Assembly: GCA_023150835.1 (NCBI GenBank)
Contig: JAKLKB010000046.1
Location: 1-63,264 of the forward strand
DNA length: 63,264 bases
Direction of reading: 5' to 3'
Source: Myxococcota bacterium
GTDB lineage: Bacteria; Myxococcota_C; UBA6777
Shown: positions 55,247-63,264 of the stretch, piece by piece
Position numbering within the stretch: the stretch's first letter is position 1
Layout of the letters: each line of letters starts with the position of its first letter
Made by a program: the position numbers and the translations under genes
The notes under the pieces: model-generated
Seen by the model: the letters and a program-made list of their open reading frames with translations, nothing else
Told to the model about the DNA's origin: nothing
Databases searched by the model: none

Positions 55247-58200
55247 ATGCCTGACCTCCTCTTGTGGAAACAACTTCTCTCTCTTGATCTTGCTTCGCTT
55301 CCTGCTCCCCCCCCCCACACGCTCCACGCCCTTTTGCTCGCGCAAGCCGATCTACCCATCGAAAAGAAAACACCTTATCTTCAAACACTTGCACAATATT
55401 TCCCACACGCCCCCGCTTCTCTGCGCTCCGCCATCGCCATGTTCCTTGGTGGCTCACACGGCCCGATGGCATGGGCCTTTTGGCTCGATGCACTCGACCA
55501 AGCGGATGCAGATACTTTGCCTTTTCTCCTCCAAGCCTACCGTCAAAGCTGCGCCCATGATCCCGCACGATGGGTCCATGCGCTGTTTCACCCCGATCCT
55601 GCCATACGCCTCCAAGCCCTTTCCAAACGCCCCGAGGCCTTTCCCTCTCACTACGAGCTGTTGCTGTTTCCCGATCCCAACGCCCACGCCGCTTTGTGCG
55701 AACGCTTTCGACATCGCCCTCCCCAAGGCCCAGAGATCGCCACCCTGCTCCAGCTCCATCAAGCCCAAGCCATCGACGTATCCACCCTCCAACCTTGGCT
55801 ACACGAAGCGTTCCTCCGACCACAAAACGCCCTCGATCTACTCCACCACCTTCCCGCCCCCTCCACCCAAAGCACCTACCTCCCGCCTGATCCGGATGCC
55901 CTCTGGCATCACCTCGCCTCTTCTCCCCAACAGTCCGACCTTCTCGACGTCTTGCTTGCTCTGCTTTGGCCCGCTCCTTCTTCCCCCTCGCAAGCCTGCA
56001 CCGTCTTCCTTCGCTCCGCTTGCCTCGCGATCCAACAAAACAAACTCGCCCCATCACAGCATCTTCGCCTTGCCACCGCCCTTTTGCGCGTCGGCTCTCG
56101 TTCGACCCAATGGACCGAAGACGCCGCCCGCTTGCTCTTGAGCGCGATCCCTCGGCTCTTTGGAACACGCTATCTCTCCCTCTCTTTGCGCCAACAAGTA
56201 GCCCGCCAAATCCTCGATGATCGCCCTGCCGTCCGCCTCTTTGATCCACTCGCAGAATGGATCGACACCCCTCTTTGTCTTCGACCCGACGGACATTTCG
56301 ATCTGATCGTCATCGCAGGTCTGATGGGCCTTGATAAATCCAATCCCTTTCAACACCTGCTTTCTCATCTCTCCCCTCAAATCCTCTTTGACGCTGTCCT
56401 CCGACACCCCGAAGGCGCAGTACGGATGCTTCGCCTTCAGCCGCATAGTTCCGTCGATCGGCTCAGTTACGACGCCCTGCTCGGCCTCGTCCTTCAAAAA
56501 GCACACACCTCCCCTCAATTCGTGGCTTACGCTCTACTCCATCTCCCCAACAAGCCTCTCGCTCTCTTCTGCGAACAGATGGCCGAACAGCCCCCTGCCC
56601 TCGACCTTTTGCTCCCATACTTGACCCACGCCCTTGATCTCCTGTGCCTCCCTCCCTCCCGAAAAAACCGAAAGCTCCAGCATCTCGCGGCTGTCTTGGC
56701 CAAAACCCTTTCTCCACAACACGCACGCCCCCTGCTTTATGCTCTCGCTCAAACCGATCAAAACGCCCTTTCCATCGAGATCCTCGAACAGATATCCCGA
56801 CGCCTCCCTCCCGATCAACTCGCCCACAAGATCGCCCAACTCCCCCTGCGCTCCTTGCGTTCGATGCTCTCTCTGATCGATCAAGCCAGCGGCTTCTCTC
56901 TTGAAGCCGAAGAATCCGTCCTCCTCACTCTCCAACACCATCCCGATCCCTTCATCCAGACGTGGCTCCGTCAACAACAACGCCTCCGACTCGCTCAAGG
57001 CAGCGAGAGCCGACAACGCATCGAAGATACCCCTCGACCACTCCCCGAAGCCACGCTCCAACGCATCGCTCGCTGCGCAGATATCGATCTCGAAGACGCA
57101 CTCCGTCCTTGCTACGACTTCCCCACCAAAGGTCTTTGTCACGCACTTCAACGCCGAAAAAAACCCACCCCTGAAGTCGAAGTCCTTGCCGCCCTATTAA
57201 TTTGCCACGATCCGCTCCATCTCATCCTCGAACAATGGAAACGTTTTTCTGACGAATCTCCCGCCCTTTACGAGCAACTCGATCAACGGATGGCAACGCG
57301 CTGCTCCGATATGCGCGCCCTGCCCCTGTGTGGTCTTGTCTGGATGTATCGGTGGGAGCAACACCTTCACACCCTCGCACCTGCCCTACTCCGATCTCCC
57401 GAAGCCTTCGCCTCCTTTCTTCAACAAGGGCTTCAGATCCCCATCATGCCCTTGCGATGGCGCTTTTGGAAAGCAGCTTGTTTGCTTCTCAAAAAATGGC
57501 GATGGCACCCTCCCGCGCTTTTGCACCTCCTCTTCTCTGCCGAACTCGAACAACTCTTGCTCTCTGTGATCACTCTCGGCCACTCCGCCCCAAACACCGC
57601 TGCTACCCTCTTCTTCGACGAAACCCTTCAATCCATCGCCACCGATATCTTGCTCCTCCTTCACAAACTCCCCGCCGCACTGCCGACTGTGCGCTCTCTC
57701 CATAACCATCTCTTGCCTTTTCTTTCCAGCCTCCCCGAAAACCTCCGTACCACCGTACTCCTCTGGATGCGCGAACAAGACTTTTCTTTCCTCTCTCCCC
57801 CTGCTCTCCTCTCCCACACACACAACACGGAAAGCTTGCTCCACTCCATCCACCATCTCCACGCACCCGATGCCCTCGCACTCTATTGCCTCGAAGACTC
57901 GCCGCTCCTCGTTGAAGCCGCAGCCACCAAGCTCATCGGATACGGCGAATCCGGCTTACAACGCCTGCTCCCTCTGCTTTCTCTCTCCCACCAAAACACT
58001 CCCCCTGCGCAACTCCGCGTGCTGATCCGACTTGTCTCCTCATGGCCCGAAAGCCCCAGCCTTCGCGCACTTCGCGCCCAACTTCAACTAGCCCTCGACG
58101 CCATATCTTCCGACAACACCGCTCCTCATCCCTCCGTCTCTCCCAACGATCCCGTCCCCTACCAACCCTCCACACCGCCAAGCCTTCCCATCGAAGATCG

Positions 58201-60874
58201 CCTCCCCACGCTGCTCCCCGCACCCAACGCTCCTCAACGCTCCTCTTCAACCACCCCCCCCACCATCGAGATCCAACCCTGCTTTCTGCTTACGCTTGCC
58301 TTTCTTGAACGCGGAGAACGCTCGCTCTCTCGATATCTTCCCCTTCTTGCCCGCATCCCCGCGAACTCTCCCTCCCCGATCTCAAAACGCCCTTCACACC
58401 GACACATCCACATCCACCACCGAGCGCAAGAAACGCCGCTCTCTCCTCGCAACACTCCCGCGATGTGGTTGACAGAGAACGATTGGGAGCGACTTCTTCG
58501 TCTCGGGATATCCCAAGAGGAATGTGCGATCTGGTTTGCTACATCCGATCAATACCACGCTTACGCCCCCGCCATCCGCTCTCTCTTACAGCTACTTCCT
58601 GAAAACACCCTATCCACCGACACTCTCACACCATCCACACCACATACCCAAAACACCCTATCCACCGACACTCTCACACCATCCACACCACATACCCAAA
58701 ACGCCCTATCCACCGACACTCTCACACCATCCACACCACATACCCAAAACGCCCTATCCACCGACACTCTCACACCATACGCCCCCAAAACCCTATCCAC
58801 CGAGCGGATCGCGGCTCGCCTTGATGCGCTGGAGGGATTTCTTCTTTGCGGCCCTTCTCGCCTTGAAGAACTTCGTCTGCAAGCGGCAAAACGGCTTTTG
58901 CACTATGGCCGATGGCTTGGTTATCCTTTGTTGCTGCATACAACTCTTTACCAACAAAAAAGCAGCGAAGAACTACTTTCGATCTTGCGCCTTCTGCCCA
59001 TTTCTTTGATCGAAAGCACCGCTCACGGGCTTTTGATGAACCATGCCGACCCCTCGTTCGAGCAGATCTTTTTGAAAACGGTCTCCTTGCTTCCGCTGAC
59101 GCTCGAACAAAAAGAACGAATCGCTCGGCCTTTTTTGCAACACGCCCAACATGCCCTCACCCAAGAGCGTGCGCTGTCTTTGCATCGCCTACCCACCGAG
59201 CGCACCGAATCCATCCAAAAGCTTGCACGCCTCTGTGCTTGGGGAATCCGCCTTGGGCGGCAGATCTCAGGAAAAGTCTTTCGAATTCGTTTGATCGCAG
59301 GCCGTGATCTCGGATACACCCGCCTCGAAACACCGCGTATCTTCATCAATCCCCTTCCGCTGTTGCGCCAAGAACGCCACGCTGAGGAGATCGTCAAAGG
59401 TTTGATCTTGCACGAGTTGGGACATCACCTCTACCACGCTTCCCCCTCTTCTCGGGAGATCTGGAAACAAGCCCAACAAGAGGGCATTCAACCGCTGCTC
59501 AACCTTGTCGCCGATGAACACCTCGAACGAAACCTGCGCGCTAAAGAGCAAGAGTTCGGCCATTCCCTCCAATCTCTCGCTGCCTACGGGTTCCAACACA
59601 ACCAACGCGAGATCCGCGCCTTCTTTCTTCTCGATCAGCTAGGCCCCTCGGCATTGGAGACCCTGACACAATCTCCTCCCACAGCAGCCCGTATGCACGG
59701 GTGCATCCGCATCCACACAGGCGGGATCCTGCGCGAGGCTGAACGACGAGGGGCCAGCTTTTCTCGATTTATCCGCGCTTTGCGCATGGGACTTGGAAAC
59801 CGCTTCCGCGATCCCCTCGTTGCCAAAGCCCTCAACCTCTTCCACAAAGACTTCCGCCACCTCGATATGCAAGGACTCTATCAGATCGCCACCAAACTCC
59901 GCGATATCTTCTCTTACCAAACCCGCCTACTCGATGACCTCGACACCGAACATACCCTTGGTTGCGACCTGACCGAGATCTTTCGTGACAGCTACGGCCT
60001 CACCGACGAAGAACTCCAACGCGCCATCGAAGAAGAACTCTACCCACGCCCACACGCCCAACCCTCCGCCCTCGACGAGATCGAACGCCGAAATATCAAC
60101 CTCTCCAAAGATCTGCACTTTTCCCCCATCCACCACGTCCAACCGCTGCTCTACAGCGCCGAAGCCGCCCAACAATACGCTCAACAAGTCGCCCATGAAA
60201 GCCGCAATCTCCGACGCTACCTCCACCAGCTCGGACTCCACCTCCGTCCCCAAAAACGCCGCGTCCAAGGCCATCACATCGACACCCATGTCCTTCGTTC
60301 CGCGATCTTGCGCGGTGACCCACGCTTTCTCACCGCCCGACGGCTGACTCCACACAACCACCTTTTTCTTGGCGTCTTGATCGACTGCTCTGGCTCGATG
60401 AACGGCGACTCCCTCGAAAAAGCCAAAGCCTTCGCAAGTTTAATCGCCGAAGCCACCGTATCCATCGAAGGGATCGATGCACGCTTCTTCGGATTCAACG
60501 ACACCACACTCTTTGATGCTGGTGATGCCCGTCATTGCGCCATCCACGCACTACAAAGCGCAGGCGGAAACAATGACGCCGCAGCAATGCTCCATCTCGC
60601 CAAACTTGCCCTCGCAAGCAAACGAAAAGCCCGTATCCTCGTCATGATCAGCGACGGTAGCCCCACCGAATGCTCCGTCACCGCCTTGACCGCTCTGGTT
60701 CAACGCATCACCCAAAAAATGCACATTCTCTGCGCACAAGTCGCTGTCCGACCCCTTCCTTCCGCCTCTTTCCCCCACTACATCGAGCTGACCAACGATG
60801 ACATCGCTCTCTCCACCCATCGCTTCGGACAACTCATCGCACGCCTTGTCGCCCAAAGTCTCCGCCGTACCTGA
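55247..60874 (+). CDS. Giant (~1875 aa) Leu-rich helical (HEAT/ARM-like) protein with HExxH metallopeptidase-like segment and C-terminal vWA domain
   Basis: GLILHELGHH...NLVADEHLE; vWA MIDAS IDCSGSM, GGNND, ISDGSPT. ATG 55247 chosen because the ORF's first ATG (55124) lies inside the terminator. Confidence 0.85.
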   Translation: MPDLLLWKQLLSLDLASLPAPPPHTLHALLLAQADLPIEKKTPYLQTLAQYFPHAPASLRSAIAMFLGGSHGPMAWAFWLDALDQADADTLPFLLQAYRQSCAHDPARWVHALFHPDPAIRLQALSKRPEAFPSHYELLLFPDPNAHAALCERFRHRPPQGPEIATLLQLHQAQAIDVSTLQPWLHEAFLRPQNALDLLHHLPAPSTQSTYLPPDPDALWHHLASSPQQSDLLDVLLALLWPAPSSPSQACTVFLRSACLAIQQNKLAPSQHLRLATALLRVGSRSTQWTEDAARLLLSAIPRLFGTRYLSLSLRQQVARQILDDRPAVRLFDPLAEWIDTPLCLRPDGHFDLIVIAGLMGLDKSNPFQHLLSHLSPQILFDAVLRHPEGAVRMLRLQPHSSVDRLSYDALLGLVLQKAHTSPQFVAYALLHLPNKPLALFCEQMAEQPPALDLLLPYLTHALDLLCLPPSRKNRKLQHLAAVLAKTLSPQHARPLLYALAQTDQNALSIEILEQISRRLPPDQLAHKIAQLPLRSLRSMLSLIDQASGFSLEAEESVLLTLQHHPDPFIQTWLRQQQRLRLAQGSESRQRIEDTPRPLPEATLQRIARCADIDLEDALRPCYDFPTKGLCHALQRRKKPTPEVEVLAALLICHDPLHLILEQWKRFSDESPALYEQLDQRMATRCSDMRALPLCGLVWMYRWEQHLHTLAPALLRSPEAFASFLQQGLQIPIMPLRWRFWKAACLLLKKWRWHPPALLHLLFSAELEQLLLSVITLGHSAPNTAATLFFDETLQSIATDILLLLHKLPAALPTVRSLHNHLLPFLSSLPENLRTTVLLWMREQDFSFLSPPALLSHTHNTESLLHSIHHLHAPDALALYCLEDSPLLVEAAATKLIGYGESGLQRLLPLLSLSHQNTPPAQLRVLIRLVSSWPESPSLRALRAQLQLALDAISSDNTAPHPSVSPNDPVPYQPSTPPSLPIEDRLPTLLPAPNAPQRSSSTTPPTIEIQPCFLLTLAFLERGERSLSRYLPLLARIPANSPSPISKRPSHRHIHIHHRAQETPLSPRNTPAMWLTENDWERLLRLGISQEECAIWFATSDQYHAYAPAIRSLLQLLPENTLSTDTLTPSTPHTQNTLSTDTLTPSTPHTQNALSTDTLTPSTPHTQNALSTDTLTPYAPKTLSTERIAARLDALEGFLLCGPSRLEELRLQAAKRLLHYGRWLGYPLLLHTTLYQQKSSEELLSILRLLPISLIESTAHGLLMNHADPSFEQIFLKTVSLLPLTLEQKERIARPFLQHAQHALTQERALSLHRLPTERTESIQKLARLCAWGIRLGRQISGKVFRIRLIAGRDLGYTRLETPRIFINPLPLLRQERHAEEIVKGLILHELGHHLYHASPSSREIWKQAQQEGIQPLLNLVADEHLERNLRAKEQEFGHSLQSLAAYGFQHNQREIRAFFLLDQLGPSALETLTQSPPTAARMHGCIRIHTGGILREAERRGASFSRFIRALRMGLGNRFRDPLVAKALNLFHKDFRHLDMQGLYQIATKLRDIFSYQTRLLDDLDTEHTLGCDLTEIFRDSYGLTDEELQRAIEEELYPRPHAQPSALDEIERRNINLSKDLHFSPIHHVQPLLYSAEAAQQYAQQVAHESRNLRRYLHQLGLHLRPQKRRVQGHHIDTHVLRSAILRGDPRFLTARRLTPHNHLFLGVLIDCSGSMNGDSLEKAKAFASLIAEATVSIEGIDARFFGFNDTTLFDAGDARHCAIHALQSAGGNNDAAAMLHLAKLALASKRKARILVMISDGSPTECSVTALTALVQRITQKMHILCAQVAVRPLPSASFPHYIELTNDDIALSTHRFGQLIARLVAQSLRRT
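58602..58802 (+). repeat. In-frame 48-bp (16-aa) tandem repeat, ~4 units, in the vWA gene
   Basis: CCCTATCCACCGACACTCTCACACCAT at a 48-bp period (N(T/A)LSTDTLTPSTPHTQ). Confidence 0.92.
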
Positions 60875-60934
60875 TTCGTTTTTGTTTTGTTGGATGGTTT
60901 TGTGGGGCGCTGTGCGTTCGTGGTGTTTTGTTTT

Positions 60935-61057
60935 GTGGGGTGCTACCCCACGCCCCGCAAGGGACTGTCGCCCCTTGACCCCCGTGTTGGCGAAGAGATC
61001 GTTGTTTTCAACACAAACCATTGTGTCGCTTGAAAAGGTCGCGGACACGGGCTTTTT
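60935..61057 (+). repeat. Dispersed repeat family A, copy 3
   Basis: GTGGGGTGCTACCCCACGCCCCGCAAGGGA...CCCGTGTTGGCG...CGCTTGA...GACACGGGCTTTTT. Confidence 0.85.
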
Positions 61058-61107
61058 AGAATAGGATAGAGGTTGTACGGAATCCGTCGGATATACGTCC
61101 GCATGAT

Positions 61108-61550
61108 GTAGGGGCGGTTCGCGAACCGCCCGCATTGGCATAAGGTGAAGAAAATAGGATGGAATGTCATGGAGATACGGAGAGAGGAAGGGTTGAAAAG
61201 GTGGTTGTCTTCGCGTGACCTCACCCCCCCGACGCTTCGCGTCACCCCCCTCTCCACGCGGCTTACCATCCCCCACATTTTTTGCATGGACGAAGATGGC
61301 AACGAAACGATGGAATCCACAAGGTAGGGTGCACATGGCGGGATGGCGGGATGGCGGGATGGCGGGATGGCGCAAGCCCTGCCCCGACGAAAACAACGGA
61401 TGATGCGGTGGACGTGATACGATATGTGACCCGTCCCTGTAGGGGCAACCCTTGCGGTTTCCCGAACGACGGGCATTTGACGCAATATCCTGCGCCGCCC
61501 CTGTAGGGGCAGCCCCCCGTGGCTGCCCAATCGACGGTCATTTGACGCAA
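61108..61550. repeat. Cluster of GTAG-type REP-like palindromes plus (GGCGGGAT)x4
   Basis: GTAGGGGCGGTTCGCGAACCGCCC (61108), GTAGGGGCAACCCTTGCGGTTTCCC (61439), GTAGGGGCAGCCCCCCGTGGCTGCCC (61503). The last two form a 64-bp tandem unit. Confidence 0.8.
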
Positions 61551-61597
61551 ACAGACGGCCAAGCCTCACCACAAAACCCACACCATGCCTCGCGTTC

Positions 61598-61710
61598 GTG
61601 GGGTTTCACCCCACACCCCACAAGGGACTTTCGCCCCTTGACCCCCTATCGGCGAAACGAGCCATCCTTCTTCAAACCAACGGCTCTGTCGCTTGCACAC
61701 TCAACACACA
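61598..61710 (+). repeat. Dispersed repeat family A, copy 4 (degenerate 3' end)
   Basis: GTGGGGTTTCACCCCACACCCCACAAGGGACTTTCGCCCCTTGACCCC...CTCTGTCGCTTG...AACAC. Confidence 0.8.
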
Positions 61711-61879
61711 CCTTACTTCGCCTTTCGGGACGGCTTCCGCTTCGGTCGCTTGCCGCTTCGCTTGCTGCGCTTCCTTTGCTTCTGCCTCCCGCGTCTTCGT
61801 TCGGCCACTTTACCTACCGCACTCTACGTAGACACCATGCTCGTTTTCGCCAAGGGTAAAAGGGTAAAAGGGACAAGGG

Positions 61880-63264
61880 TCAATACCTGAGAAGACGAAA
61901 GCCGAGGTTGCCGTCGCGAATCGTCGGCGCATCGCTGCTGCGAGACGCTGAGCGCACGAGCCCCGCGTGGCTGTTCCAACCACCACCTCGAGACACACGC
62001 AACGTACTACTACCGCTACGTAGTGGATCTTGCGTACCCAGTCCTTCATACGAGCCGTACACATCCATCGTCCACTCGTACACATTCCCCAACATATCCT
62101 TCAATCCCCACCCATTCGCGCTCTTTCCGCCCACCGGATGCGTTTTGCTGTCACTATTGCCACCATACCAAGCCACATCGTCTAGCTCCCCATGACGTGC
62201 CCCTGTGCTTCCCGCTCGTGCTGCATACTCCCACTCCGCTTCCGTCGGCAGTCGCCAACCCTTGCATCCAAAGATTCCCCTCTCCGTCTCTGTGCAAGCC
62301 GCCAATCCTTGCGCTTCCGACAGCTTCTCCGCAAACTCCCGCGCTTCGTGCCAACTCACCTGCTCCACAGGACAGTTGTCACCACACGACGAGAAATGCG
62401 ATGGATTCCTCCCCATCAATGCCTTGTACTGCCCTTGCGTCACTTCGCTCTCTAACATCCAGAATCCTTTGCTGATCGTGACACTTCGCTGTGGCGACTT
62501 ATTATCTGGAATTATATAATGCGACTTATTATCTGGACTTGTATCAAAAATGAACCCTCTTCTATATCCTTCCACAGGTTTTGACGAACTTAGGCTCGGC
62601 TCATTCTCTGAACTCCCCATCGTGAACGAACCCGCTGGAATCCAGCGCATCGCGAATGTCGCTCCCTTTACCCTAAAGCTATGACGCGCTCCTTCTGACG
62701 GCTTCGACAGCCTTTCCACAATGTTACAACCCTCTTTCTGTCCCAAGCGACATGCCCTGCGATACCACAGCAACGCCTCCGAGGACGAACGACCCTCCTC
62801 TGCTTTCCCTTTCTCCAAGGCTTTTAAGCCTTCATGCATTTGACAAGCTTCGGCATACTTGACCCCACACGCCGTTTTCAGCCAATACAACGCAAGCTGT
62901 TGCTCCTTTCCCACCTGCCCTTTTCCTCGCGCAAACCATGCCTCACCACGCGCTTTGCAGCCTTCCGCATATCCCTTCTCGCACGCCAACTTGTACCATC
63001 TATCCGCATCGCCCCACTTCGACGGCTCCGATTCCGCACCCTTGCACCACTTCAGCCCCATCTCCCAAGCCTTCGCACACCCTCCATCTTCTCCCAAGCT
63101 GCACGCCTTCGCATACCACTCGCTCGCTTTCCCCAACGACCGCCCTTCTTCTCTTTTCCCCCGCGCCATGTACCTCCTCACCATCCGACGTTTCCGCTCC
63201 AACGCCCGTTCCACTCTCTGTTGCTCTAGCCCCTCTCGAAGCGACTTCAACGCCCTTTCCAATC
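61880..63264 (-). CDS. Sel1-like (Cys-type) repeats plus C-terminal FGE-sulfatase/SUMF1 (CLec-fold) domain; 5' end probably beyond the window
   Basis: Four WYxxAC..G...GC-type repeats; IPAGSFTMGS, EVTQGQY, PVEQVSW, RLPTEAEWEYAARAG, GLKDMLGNVYEW, RGGGW, GFRL. Confidence 0.93.
   Translation of the reverse strand, partial: LERALKSLREGLEQQRVERALERKRRMVRRYMARGKREEGRSLGKASEWYAKACSLGEDGGCAKAWEMGLKWCKGAESEPSKWGDADRWYKLACEKGYAEGCKARGEAWFARGKGQVGKEQQLALYWLKTACGVKYAEACQMHEGLKALEKGKAEEGRSSSEALLWYRRACRLGQKEGCNIVERLSKPSEGARHSFRVKGATFAMRWIPAGSFTMGSSENEPSLSSSKPVEGYRRGFIFDTSPDNKSHYIIPDNKSPQRSVTISKGFWMLESEVTQGQYKALMGRNPSHFSSCGDNCPVEQVSWHEAREFAEKLSEAQGLAACTETERGIFGCKGWRLPTEAEWEYAARAGSTGARHGELDDVAWYGGNSDSKTHPVGGKSANGWGLKDMLGNVYEWTMDVYGSYEGLGTQDPLRSGSSTLRVSRGGGWNSHAGLVRSASRSSDAPTIRDGNLGFRLLRY

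Noticed and set aside
54470-56249. ORFs 54470..55159 (-), 54900..56141 (+) and 55080..56249 (-) as genes filling the gap
   Set aside because: No motifs or clear RBS. They run through the terminator or overlap the vWA gene out of frame.
1-63264. Complete retron, DGR cassette, prophage or IS element
   Set aside because: No reverse transcriptase (YADD-type), integrase, transposase or phage structural motifs were recognised in any ORF.

Overview
A chromosomal window with about 33 protein-coding genes, probably from a myxobacterium (Myxococcota). That assignment is inferred from gene content (PP2C/FHA/kinase-like signalling genes, receiver-DUF4388-J protein, MinD-HTH-ExbB-ExbD block, Cys-rich lipoprotein), not from a marker gene. 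Recognisable genes include phhA, hemW, def, priA, selA, exbB/exbD, a DnaJ-class chaperone, a BMP/ABC nucleoside transporter pair and a glycerol-1-phosphate dehydrogenase. I found no rRNA, tRNA, CRISPR array, transposase or reverse transcriptase. The main lead is a ~0.9 kb hairpin-dense, nearly ORF-free unit (about 54230-55146). It has tandem TTGAC-N3-(G/T)TCAA sites upstream, a 37-codon ORF with a strong RBS inside, and a perfect intrinsic terminator at its end. It sits directly before a ~1875-aa helical/HExxH/vWA gene, suggesting a large ncRNA or regulatory leader coupled to a conflict-type protein. Other leads are: an FGE-sulfatase (CLec) gene whose 3' end has the codon signature of a DGR variable region; two dispersed ~115-125 bp repeat families, one apparently split by a nested TIR element; tandem duplications across stop codons; an orphan McrB; a transglutaminase-elicitor-like protein; a pseudokinase-PP2C fusion with an FHA partner; and a probable surface-protein glycosylation operon. 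All family calls come from motif recognition by eye; no searches were run.
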